A program made the translations under genes and the position numbers. Shown here piece after piece: positions 40,603 through 49,274 of a stretch of DNA of 64,000 nt (the first letter of the stretch is position 1; each line of letters begins with the position of its first letter). The DNA comes from an uncultured virus (IMG/VR IMGVR_UViG_3300046740_000859). Lineage: Duplodnaviria > Heunggongvirae > Uroviricota > Caudoviricetes. The notes beneath the pieces were generated by a model that was not told where the DNA came from, made no database searches, and worked only from the letters and a program-made list of their open reading frames with translations. The stretch lies in IMG/VR virus record IMGVR_UViG_3300046740_000859; one strand, written 5' to 3'.

Positions 40603-41307
40603 ATGGATCTGGATAGTCTCAAACGACAACTGACCCGCAGCGACGAACTAGAAGGAGAAGAGAAGCAGCGTCGCATACGCGGCGACGACTGGCCCGAGAC
40701 GGCGGAGACGATGATCGGGCACGTGCGCTTGACGAATCTGGAAGAATGCGCTCGCACTGTGTTTGCCGATCGCGTCCCTGGTGACTTTTTGGAGGCTGGT
40801 GTCTGGCGTGGAGGCGCATGCATCTTCCTGCGTGCACTACTCGACTTGGAAGAAGGAGGTCCCAAACGAACCGTTTGGGTTGCCGACTCCTTCGAGGGGC
40901 TTCCTCCGCCGGATCCGCAGCGATACCCGGTCGATCTCGGAGACGGGCACCACACGGTCTCTTTCTTACGTGTTGGTCTCGAGGAGGTGAGATCCAACTT
41001 CCAGCGGTACAAGCTACTGGACGATCACGTTCAATTTCTCAAGGGATGGTTCAAGAACACGCTTCCCGGCCCAGTGCGTCAGCTCGCGATCCTCCGACTC
41101 GACGGCGACATGTACGAGTCGACAATCCAAACTCTCGACGCGCTCTACGAACTCGTGGCGCCCGGCGGATTCGTCATCGTCGACGACTACGCTCTACCCG
41201 GCGCACACGCGGCCACCGACGATTTCAGGTCGACACACGACATCTCGTCACCGCTCGTGCGCGTCGATCACACATGCGTCTTCTGGCGTAAACCCGTCGG
41301 GGCGTGA
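40603..41307 (+). CDS. TylF/MycF/NovP-family O-methyltransferase
   Basis: VPGDFLEAGVWRGG, VADSFEGLP, KGWFKNTLP, LRLDGDMYEST, GGFVIVDDY. Confidence 0.92.
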   Translation: MDLDSLKRQLTRSDELEGEEKQRRIRGDDWPETAETMIGHVRLTNLEECARTVFADRVPGDFLEAGVWRGGACIFLRALLDLEEGGPKRTVWVADSFEGLPPPDPQRYPVDLGDGHHTVSFLRVGLEEVRSNFQRYKLLDDHVQFLKGWFKNTLPGPVRQLAILRLDGDMYESTIQTLDALYELVAPGGFVIVDDYALPGAHAATDDFRSTHDISSPLVRVDHTCVFWRKPVGA

Positions 41308-41955
41308 TCAGTGCCACTTTCGGTTCTTGGGGTCACTCGCTCCGAAACAAAGTTCTCCGAGAGTCCCAGTACCGACGTAGCCGGCGAGCACACCCTGATA
41401 GCCCCAGCGTCCAATGATCTTCGAGCCATCAGTACTGTAGCCGCGCACTTCAGGTAGCGCAGAACCGCACACAGCAACTGTCTGGCAATTCATTGCGCCA
41501 GACACCATGCACGCCTTCATCGCCTGGTTCTCGTCGTAAGTGCCGAGCGCCACGCAGTCCTGCCACGTCTGTCCGAGACCGTTGTCGTGCGTGACGAGCG
41601 CGCATGCAGCGTCAGCCTCGACAGGCACCCCGCCTGCACCGAGCTTGCCTCCCATCGCCAGAGAGCCGCCCGAACCGTGCGACGCACCTCCTGCGCCCGC
41701 GTCTTCGTCCGGCAGTGCTCCTCCGGCTCCAACCGTTCCACCCGCAGCCCCCGAGTCCGCGTCGGTCTCCCCGCCCGTCGACGCGCCGCCCGCGCCCACA
41801 GCGCCGCCGCTCGCTCCCGAGTCAGTCTCCTCGACGGCGCTTCCCGCGCTCCCGCCAGTCGTCGGGCCCGTCGCGCCGAAACTCGCGCCGAACGGCTCGC
41901 CGCCGCAACCAACCAGCAGGAAAAACGCGAGAACCGAAAATCTAGTGTTCACCAT
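41308..41955 (-). CDS. Myxobacterial-type lipoprotein (Gly-rich linker, Cys-rich C-terminus)
   Basis: Lipobox LLVGC; GGSAG/DSG/DAG linker; several Cys. Confidence 0.7.
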   Translation of the reverse strand: MVNTRFSVLAFFLLVGCGGEPFGASFGATGPTTGGSAGSAVEETDSGASGGAVGAGGASTGGETDADSGAAGGTVGAGGALPDEDAGAGGASHGSGGSLAMGGKLGAGGVPVEADAACALVTHDNGLGQTWQDCVALGTYDENQAMKACMVSGAMNCQTVAVCGSALPEVRGYSTDGSKIIGRWGYQGVLAGYVGTGTLGELCFGASDPKNRKWH

Positions 41956-42109
41956 CTGTACACCTTCGACGGCGGGATTGCCCAACGTATTCACGTGATT
42001 GTACGCCGCGGGCAGCTTCGAGCCACCCCGCATAACCGAGCGATTTCACAACAACAATACCTAACTCTGCACGCGGAAAGCGGGTCAGATAGACTGAAAA
42101 CCGCGACGT

Positions 42110-42901
42110 ATGTCCCGCATCATCGGTCACGGCTTCTACGCCAGAGAAACGTACCCGGAACCCAGGCAACGCGGACCGCAAGGCCCCCCGGGGGCGCAAG
42201 GCACTCCGGGAGCACAAGGCCCCCCCGGTCCTGCGGAACTCACCTTCGGGCTCTACTCCGCGCGCCCGGCGCCAGACGGGAACGTAGCGATGCACGTCGC
42301 ATCCGACGGCGGGCCAACGACATGGATCAGCGACGGTACGACATGGTTTCCGGTACTCAATGGACGTACCGGACATCAAGTGCCGCCAGTGGCGTCGTGG
42401 ACACAGTTCGGATCGGCCGGCACCGCGACGTTCACCGACCAGGCAGGAAGAATCGTCGGGACGACGACGAGCACCGCAGACACGTTGTCGGGGCTAGTAG
42501 TAGCGAAGCCAGCGACCTGCGACGCACGGGTACACGTCTCAAGCGTCGCCGCAGCTAACGGCGGCAGCGTCGGAGGTAGCGGCATCGTTCTCCGCAACTC
42601 CGCAACGCAAAACGCAGTTGTCTGGATTTGGGCGAAGCCGCCCATCATCGTTGCAGGAGCATGGACCAACGACGTGACGCCATCAGGCGGCTTGGATGTC
42701 GAGACGCCCGGAGACTACTCGTGGTTACGGGTAGTCGACGACGGAACTGATTTCATTTTTTACACGGGCGACGGGGTGATCTGGAAAGAAAATTTCCGCA
42801 TCACGAACACCGTCATCACGCCTGCTGTAGATCAGATCGGACTTGCGTTCGGAGAACTAGCGGGACCGTACGTGCAATACGATTCCTGGGAATTACTGTG
42901 A
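42110..42901 (+). CDS. Collagen-repeat fibre with N-terminal YP motif and lectin-like beta-sandwich tip
   Basis: IIGHGFYARETYPE; 7 G-X-Y triplets; WLRVVDDG..FYTGDG..W. Confidence 0.65.
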   Translation: MSRIIGHGFYARETYPEPRQRGPQGPPGAQGTPGAQGPPGPAELTFGLYSARPAPDGNVAMHVASDGGPTTWISDGTTWFPVLNGRTGHQVPPVASWTQFGSAGTATFTDQAGRIVGTTTSTADTLSGLVVAKPATCDARVHVSSVAAANGGSVGGSGIVLRNSATQNAVVWIWAKPPIIVAGAWTNDVTPSGGLDVETPGDYSWLRVVDDGTDFIFYTGDGVIWKENFRITNTVITPAVDQIGLAFGELAGPYVQYDSWELL

Positions 42902-43446
42902 ACTGGAAACCCTTCGCGATCGGCGGCGCCATCCTCGGAGGCGTCGGAGCGCTCGTGCTCATCGGCCGAGGCAGTAAGCCGTCGTCGACGGCGCCAAGAC
43001 GCGTGGCTCTCATCGGCGACTCGTACGCGGTCGGGCTAGGGCCGGAGCTCGCGAAACTCTTCCCGGGCTTCAAGTACTCGGGCGTGGTCGGAACGAACAC
43101 CTCCCAGTGGGCGAACCATTCCGCCGCGTGCGGCACTTGCGGCGACTGGCTCACGACCTTCAAGCCCGACGTCGTGCTGGTGAGCCTCGGAGTGAACGAC
43201 GGCTCCGCACCGAACGCTGCGAACTACCAGACCATCACGAAGGCACTCCACGGGATCGGCGCTCGCGTCGTATGGATCGAACCGCCCGCGGGGGTAAACG
43301 CGCCCACTGTCCGCGCGGCCATCGCGTCGCTCGGTGTGAACACGGTACCTGCCACGCAGACTCCACTCGCCGCTGACAAGCTCCATCCGACCGGAAACGG
43401 ATATCATGTTTGGGCTCAAGAGATCGCACAGACGGTGACGCAGTGA
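42898..43446 (+). CDS. Membrane-anchored SGNH/GDSL hydrolase
   Basis: N-terminal TM; GDSY, LGVND, DKLHPT..GY blocks. Confidence 0.85.
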   Translation: MNWKPFAIGGAILGGVGALVLIGRGSKPSSTAPRRVALIGDSYAVGLGPELAKLFPGFKYSGVVGTNTSQWANHSAACGTCGDWLTTFKPDVVLVSLGVNDGSAPNAANYQTITKALHGIGARVVWIEPPAGVNAPTVRAAIASLGVNTVPATQTPLAADKLHPTGNGYHVWAQEIAQTVTQ

Positions 43447-43476
43447 ACGGAACACTTCTCAGGAAAGGACGGGTGT

Positions 43477-44091
43477 GTGGCTGACATCGGCTGCTCCACG
43501 AACGCCGCCATCGCGTTCGACTTCCTCGTCGAGAAGGGCCTCAGCCTCGCCCAGGCCGCAGGTGTCGTCGGGAATCTCCAGTTCGAGTCGGGGCTCGATC
43601 CGACGCTCGCCGTCATGGACACCAACAACAAGATGAGCCGCGGGATCGCCATGTGGCAGCCAGAGCGCTGGCAGAACCTGCTCGCGTTCTCGGGCGGCCG
43701 GAACCCCCTCTCGCTCGACGTGCAGCTCGAGTTCCTCTGGTCCGAGCTTCCATCGCACGGGCTCACACAGCTTCTCGAAACGACGCGGGCAGAAGACGCG
43801 ACCGTGATCTTCCAAAACCAGTTCGAGCATCCGGCAGCGGCGTACGCGCACACCGATCGACGCATCGCACTCGCGCAGGCGGCATTCTACGCGCTCCCGC
43901 AATGCACTGCCCCGAGCGTCGCGTCGAAGATTGGAGTAGCAGCGGGCGTCATCGTCCTCGTCGCCGCGACCAGCTACGGTGTCTTCAAGTGGCTCGGCTC
44001 GAGACCGGAGCCGGAGCTCGAACCGGAACCCGAGCCGATCTTCCCGCCGTCGTCGTCTTACGTGCCGCTCTATCGGAGGCGCGCGCCGTGA
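43477..44091 (+). CDS. Phage tail lysozyme (Phage_lysozyme2-like) with C-terminal TM
   Basis: AAGVVGNLQFESGLDP, GIAMW..ER, QLEFLWSEL, FEHP..RR. Confidence 0.85.
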   Translation: MADIGCSTNAAIAFDFLVEKGLSLAQAAGVVGNLQFESGLDPTLAVMDTNNKMSRGIAMWQPERWQNLLAFSGGRNPLSLDVQLEFLWSELPSHGLTQLLETTRAEDATVIFQNQFEHPAAAYAHTDRRIALAQAAFYALPQCTAPSVASKIGVAAGVIVLVAATSYGVFKWLGSRPEPELEPEPEPIFPPSSSYVPLYRRRAP

Positions 44092-44483
44092 AGCCAATCC
44101 TTTGGGGGGCCGCTGCCGGCGCGGCGACGGCGACGATCTTGCTCATCGTGCGGCAGGCGCAGTCCCCACGCTTTTTTCAATCTCCGTCTCCCGCGCCGAA
44201 GGTGTACGGCGAAACGACGAGCGTTCCTCTCGCTGTTCCAGCGGGCTTTCGTCGCGCGACGAGCAGCGAGGTCTCGGCGCTTCCAGAGCTCGCCTCACGC
44301 GCGAGCTCGCTCATGAATACCCCTGGATTCACGTCGATGCCGTACGGATCGCTCACCCCGTTCGTTGCAAGCAACGGGCAAACGTACGCGACTTGGATCG
44401 AGCAGCACTATCACCCGCCAGGCGGCGCTGCGCAGCCGTGGGGGCTGCATCACGGAGTGACCGTACTCGCAAGGAGTGTTTGA
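44088..44483 (+). CDS. Membrane-anchored hypothetical protein, paralogue of 17185-17598
   Basis: N-terminal TM; P.G[FW]R...L..RA...P.G...IE...G pattern shared. Confidence 0.55.
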   Translation: MKPILWGAAAGAATATILLIVRQAQSPRFFQSPSPAPKVYGETTSVPLAVPAGFRRATSSEVSALPELASRASSLMNTPGFTSMPYGSLTPFVASNGQTYATWIEQHYHPPGGAAQPWGLHHGVTVLARSV

Positions 44484-44669
44484 TGCTGGCGCGCTTGATC
44501 TGTCGTCTTCTCGGGCACGTGCTCGAAGATCTCGTTGTTCGCGACGGCCCGGAGGCGTACATCTACGTGGGCGACGGCAAGTGCGCACGTTGTGGCGCGC
44601 AGGCCGTCGAGCTGAGCGAAGATACGGTCGACGAGATCACCCCTACAAAACCAGGCTGATTTTGATCTC

Positions 44670-44701
44670 GATTCCACCCTTCTCGAAGATGATGATACGC
44701 T
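44670..44701 (+). promoter_or_regulatory. Promoter copy A (GATTCCACC...GATGNTGATACGCT)
   Basis: Near-identical to 46139-46169; extended -10 TGATACGCT 5 nt before ATG 44707. Confidence 0.6.
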
Positions 44702-44706
44702 GAGGG

Positions 44707-45459
44707 ATGCGCCAAACGAGAGGCACCGGTTTCATTCCCCCGAAGCGCTGGCCGACGCCGCACGAGATCGGTATCCATCAAGCGCGTATGGCAGCGGCGG
44801 CGTCCGCGAAGTTCACTCCGACGAGGCTCGGGACTCCAACGATCCTGGACCAGCTCAACACGAGCTGTTGTTTCGGATTCTCGGCGGTACAGGGCGCGCA
44901 CATCGCGACCGGCAAGCCCATCGGCTCACCGCTCGTTCCGTACTGGTGTGCGCGTCGTGAGGCGACCTCGGCGGACTCGGACATCACGGACGACGGTATC
45001 GACCCAGATTCGATGGTCGCCGCGCTGAACGACTTCGGGATCGCCCCGATGTCCGAAGATCCGTTCGATCCGGCGCGTATCAACGAGCGCCCTAGCGACG
45101 CGGCGATGCTTGCGGCGCAGCAACTCATCTGCACGATCGAACCGATCCTTGCGACCGGCCCCGAGCTCTGGACTGCTATCCAGCAGGCGATCTGCATCGA
45201 GCGCCTCCCTGTGCTCATCGCGTTGAACGTCGTGCCCGCGTTCGACAATGCCGGATCTACAGGCGGCATCGTCGACGATCCGAGCGGCACGAGCCGTGGT
45301 GGCCACGCGAACTGCCTCTTCGCAGTCGAGTCGAATGGTGCGCGCACGGCGAATAGCTGGGGGATCGGAGAGTGGACCGCCGATGGCACCGCGATTCTAA
45401 CGCCTCGATTCATTGCCGGCGCCGCCGTGTGGGCGGGAGCCTTGAGGATCCAACCATGA
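44707..45459 (+). CDS. Papain-like (C1) cysteine peptidase
   Basis: DQLNTSCCFGFS, GGHA, ANSWG triad motifs. Confidence 0.85.
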   Translation: MRQTRGTGFIPPKRWPTPHEIGIHQARMAAAASAKFTPTRLGTPTILDQLNTSCCFGFSAVQGAHIATGKPIGSPLVPYWCARREATSADSDITDDGIDPDSMVAALNDFGIAPMSEDPFDPARINERPSDAAMLAAQQLICTIEPILATGPELWTAIQQAICIERLPVLIALNVVPAFDNAGSTGGIVDDPSGTSRGGHANCLFAVESNGARTANSWGIGEWTADGTAILTPRFIAGAAVWAGALRIQP

Positions 45460-45812
45460 AACGCTCCATTCCGTTCGCGCTCCTCATCTCGCTCGTTGCG
45501 GCCTGGTCTCCTGGGTGCGGCGGCAACACGCCAACGCCGGCCCCTGTCCCGCCTCCTACGCCGCCCCCGGTGGTCGTCGCGGACGCTGGGCCTACGCCCA
45601 CTCCCGAGCCTACGCCGCAGCCCCCGACGGACTCGTGCGCAGCCGAGTGTGCAACGCTCGGGCGGCTCAAGTGCCCCGAGTGGTCGGCGACGTGCGATGC
45701 GGACTGCGCGCGGCTCGACGCGAAGCTCACGGCGCTCCACTCGGCGCCGCAAAATCACGCTTGCATCGCGAAGGCAGCAACATGCGCGGCGGCGAAGGCG
45801 TGTCGGCCATGA
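45456..45812 (+). CDS. Cys-rich lipoprotein
   Basis: Signal ending SPGC, Pro-rich linker with DAG, 8 Cys in the C-terminal domain. Confidence 0.65.
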   Translation: MKRSIPFALLISLVAAWSPGCGGNTPTPAPVPPPTPPPVVVADAGPTPTPEPTPQPPTDSCAAECATLGRLKCPEWSATCDADCARLDAKLTALHSAPQNHACIAKAATCAAAKACRP

Positions 45813-46108
45813 AGGCGCTTGGTTGCACTCTTCTCGCGCTGATCTTCGTCGGCTGCCACACCGAATCGCCCGTCTTCACGCCCGACCCGCACGACAAGAA
45901 CTACCCGTGCCATCGCGCCGACGGAAGCGCAGATCCGAATGCGAACTGGTGCTTCCCAGTCGACGGGTCGCACACGTGCTGTCCGGAACGTTCGACGTGT
46001 TCTTCGCTTGAAGGGCAACCGATCTGCGCCTACCAGGGGCCTGAGGTCGGCCCGGGCGGGCTGTTCGAGGCACAACGATCCGTCGCTCGAATGCCGGAAA
46101 ATCCGTAA
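45809..46108 (+). CDS. Cys-rich lipoprotein
   Basis: Lipobox IFVGC; Cys-rich body. Confidence 0.6.
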   Translation: MKALGCTLLALIFVGCHTESPVFTPDPHDKNYPCHRADGSADPNANWCFPVDGSHTCCPERSTCSSLEGQPICAYQGPEVGPGGLFEAQRSVARMPENP

Positions 46109-46138
46109 AATCCGACTAAATTCGCGGTGGACGTGCCT

Positions 46139-46169
46139 GATTCCACCGTCTTCGGGATGGTGATACGCT
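46139..46169 (+). promoter_or_regulatory. Promoter copy B
   Basis: GATTCCACCGTCTTCGGGATGGTGATACGCT, 9 nt before ATG 46179. Confidence 0.6.
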
Positions 46170-46178
46170 CTTGACACC

Positions 46179-48380
46179 ATGATAGGTCTCGCGCAGGCGG
46201 GGTACGCGCCGTACCCGAGGGTTGGAACGCTCGGTGATGTCGGCCTTGGGTTGGTTTCGCTCCCGCCATTCAAGAGTAAAGGCAGCGAGCTCCGCCCTGG
46301 GCAGTACCTCGATCGAGGCGAAGCGCTCGTCACGAGCAACGGTGGCGTGCTCCTCATGCAAGAGCAGGGGAACCTCGTGCTGTACGGTCCGGACGACAGC
46401 CGCGTGCGCTTCACGGCGCTCTGGTGGTCGGCCGATCACGACACTCCCGCGACACGCGCGACGATGCTCGCGGACGGCAATCTCGTCCTCACCGATCCGA
46501 AGGGCAACGTCATCTGGAAATCGGCGACCATCGGCCAAGCTTCCACGATCAGATTTCAAGATGACGGAAATCTAGTCTGGTACACCAAAGGCGGTAGACC
46601 GGTCGGCTACACGACGACCGGCAACTGGCACATCAATCCGGATCTCGCGCCGCACCACAAGAGCTTTCTTAAAAAACTGGAGAACATCGTCACCGCTCCG
46701 GTTCGAGCAGTCGAGAAAGTTGCTTCTAAGATCGAGCACGAGGTCGAGAAGATCCCAGTGATCGGTGACGTGACGCGCGTCATAGCTGAAGTCTACACGG
46801 CGCCTCTCAGGATTGCGGAGAACATCGCCTCAGGCGCGCGGCTCGACCACGTAGCGCTCGGCGCGCTGAAAGATCAACTCAAGATCGCCAAGGACGTCGC
46901 GCCGTACGCGCAGACCGTCGTGTCGTTCGTACCTGGCGTCGGAACGGGCGTCGCGGCGGCGATCGGTATGGGCGCAGCTCTCGCTGAAGGGCAGAGCATC
47001 ACTGCGGCGGCGAAGACGGCGATCCGTGGCGCACTCCCCGGGGGGCAGCTCGCCCAGGCGGCTTTCGATACGGCGCTCAAGGTGGCGGGCGGCGAGAACA
47101 TCGGCAAGGCCGCGCTCGAGAGCGCTCGCGCCGCGCTTCCGCCTTCGGCGCAGTCGGCGTTCGACATCGGTCTCGCCGTCGTCACCGGCGAGAAGATCCA
47201 GACGGCGCTCGCGAAAGGTCTCGCGAGTATGGCGCCCGAGGCGATGCAATCGGTTCTCGCTGCCGGTCAGAAAGCGATCGACTCGACACCTGGTCTCGCG
47301 AACGCGCTCAAGAGCGTCGCGCCAGGTGCCGCCGCGAAAGGCTTCCAGCTCGCTTCTGGACTCATCGGTCAAGCCGGTGTGGGCGAGAAAGCGCTCGCCG
47401 CAGTTCGTGCCCAACTGCCGTCCGACGTTCGTCAGGGCTTCGATGCGGCGCTCAACACACAGGCGCCTCACATCGCGTGGCTCAAGAACGTCACGAGCGC
47501 GCCGGCCGCTGCCGCGCCTGCCACGTCGAGCATTGCGGCTGCTATCAAAGCGGCGCCAGTACCGAAGGTCCCGCTCGTCGTGCACGAGCCCTCGAAGAAG
47601 GCGAAGCCGGCGGCACCAACCCCAATCGTGCACGAACCTCCGAAGAAGACCGCCGCTGCGGCGTCGACGCCGATCGTGCACGAACCTGGGAAAAGGGCCG
47701 CTCGACTCGCGAAGTACGCGCCCTACCCCAAGACGGGTGTCAGCGACGTCGGGATCGGTTTCTTCAGCTCCGACTCGAAGTGGCGCTGGTTCACCGTGTA
47801 CGCGAACGGCAGACCCATTGCGCAGCGGGGACCGATCTGGCTCTCGGACTCCGGCGCGCAGCGTGAGGCCGAGTCCTTCCTCGAAGCGACGCTGGGCCGC
47901 GACTACATCGGCACCGTGACGCGGTGGGACTGGAGCGGCCAGGCGTGGCATCAGGCGGCCGGCAACGGCCTCAGCGCTCCGATGCACACCGGGGGCGGGC
48001 ATCACGGTGGAGGCGGCGGAGGGCACCGTGGAGGCGGCGGGCGGCGGCGTCCCGTGCTCTCTCGTGGCGGTCGAGGGATCCCCGGTTGGTGGGGCCCGTG
48101 GGACTCCCCGGAAGTCCTCACGACGACCGAGACCTGCCGCACCTGGGGCGATCCCATCGCGCTTCCAGAGGCGATGCAGGCGGCAGCGAAGGTGTCGCTC
48201 GGCTCCTCCGGCGGCCGGCCTACGACGCTGCGGGGCGCCGACGGTGTGCTTTATCTTCTCGCGTACGAGAACAACAGCATCACGGCGCGGCCGTGCGCGG
48301 CCGTCGGAGTCGGGGGATGGTGGAACGACGCCTGGAACGACTGGAGCTCGGAAGTGAAGGATCTGTGGAGCGGATCCTGA
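46179..48380 (+). CDS. Modular virion protein with bulb-type (mannose-binding) lectin domain and long Ala/Gly-rich helical region
   Basis: QEQGNLVLY, ADGNLVL, QDDGNLVWY (QxDxNxVxY repeats); 3x VHEP repeats; 2x YAPYP..G..DVG.G. Confidence 0.75.
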   Translation: MIGLAQAGYAPYPRVGTLGDVGLGLVSLPPFKSKGSELRPGQYLDRGEALVTSNGGVLLMQEQGNLVLYGPDDSRVRFTALWWSADHDTPATRATMLADGNLVLTDPKGNVIWKSATIGQASTIRFQDDGNLVWYTKGGRPVGYTTTGNWHINPDLAPHHKSFLKKLENIVTAPVRAVEKVASKIEHEVEKIPVIGDVTRVIAEVYTAPLRIAENIASGARLDHVALGALKDQLKIAKDVAPYAQTVVSFVPGVGTGVAAAIGMGAALAEGQSITAAAKTAIRGALPGGQLAQAAFDTALKVAGGENIGKAALESARAALPPSAQSAFDIGLAVVTGEKIQTALAKGLASMAPEAMQSVLAAGQKAIDSTPGLANALKSVAPGAAAKGFQLASGLIGQAGVGEKALAAVRAQLPSDVRQGFDAALNTQAPHIAWLKNVTSAPAAAAPATSSIAAAIKAAPVPKVPLVVHEPSKKAKPAAPTPIVHEPPKKTAAAASTPIVHEPGKRAARLAKYAPYPKTGVSDVGIGFFSSDSKWRWFTVYANGRPIAQRGPIWLSDSGAQREAESFLEATLGRDYIGTVTRWDWSGQAWHQAAGNGLSAPMHTGGGHHGGGGGGHRGGGGRRRPVLSRGGRGIPGWWGPWDSPEVLTTTETCRTWGDPIALPEAMQAAAKVSLGSSGGRPTTLRGADGVLYLLAYENNSITARPCAAVGVGGWWNDAWNDWSSEVKDLWSGS

Positions 48381-48381
48381 G

Positions 48382-49172
48382 ATGCTGCTCGCCGACGAGG
48401 CTCTAGTCTGTCCAAATCAAGATCCGCAGCTTCCGAGCTCGAGATCGGCGCTCGCGTTCGTCCGAGGCGAGGAAGGCAGCACGCTCGCCGTCGTGGGGCA
48501 CACTCTGGGTCGCGCGGCCCTGATCGGCGTCGGACTGGCGATAGCGGGCGAGCGCGAACATCTCGCACGGAACTCGCTCATGGGCGCGATGGCGATCGAG
48601 TCGTTCGTGCTTCTGTGGACCTACCATGCGGTGAACAAGTGAGAAAATCAAAACTAGGCACAGCGCTGAAATGGACGGCGGGTGCTGCGGTTCTCGGGAT
48701 CGGCGCGTGGGCGTTGTGGTTCGGCGCTCATTTTTCAGATTCCGGTTTACCTCCGAGAGAGCTACTTCAGCCGCGCGCTGGCGAGACGTGGTGGATCGTA
48801 CTCCGACAAGGTGTTCGAGAACCTGTGACTCTGGGCGACGTCCTGAGCATGAAGGCGGGGACATCAGAAGAGGGCGGTGTGGGCAACATGGTCTACGTCG
48901 TACGGATCGATCACGACACCTCTCTCATGGAAGGCGTAGATGTCCTCTCAGCTAGAAAGATGCTGTCGTAGCCCATGACGCACAAGAAAAACGAGCTCCC
49001 AGGTTGGTTCCCGTTCGCGCTGGTAGCCTCCGGGCTCATCGCTATCGGCGCCGGAATTCGGTCGAACTGGGGTCGCGCGGTGGCCGCTGCGCCGCTTCCA
49101 GAGCCGTCGACGCCGCCGGTGCAGAAGGCGGGCGTGCTTCAGGATTGGGCGATGGGCGACTATCGGATCTGA
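48382..49172 (+). CDS. Three small membrane proteins (48382-48642, 48639-48971, 48975-49172)
   Basis: Hydrophobic helices in each; tight spacing. Confidence 0.5.
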
Positions 49173-49274
49173 TCCAAGAATCTCGCCGAGCACGGTCGCG
49201 AGCTGACGCTTCGAGCCGCTCTACAAATCGCTCCTCGGGAGACAGCGTCAACAGCGTAAGCCCGAGGCGCGGTT

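Noticed and set aside
46700..47500. Tape-measure protein
   Set aside because: Ala/Gly helical stretch is short, fused to a lectin, and lacks neighbouring tail tube or chaperone genes
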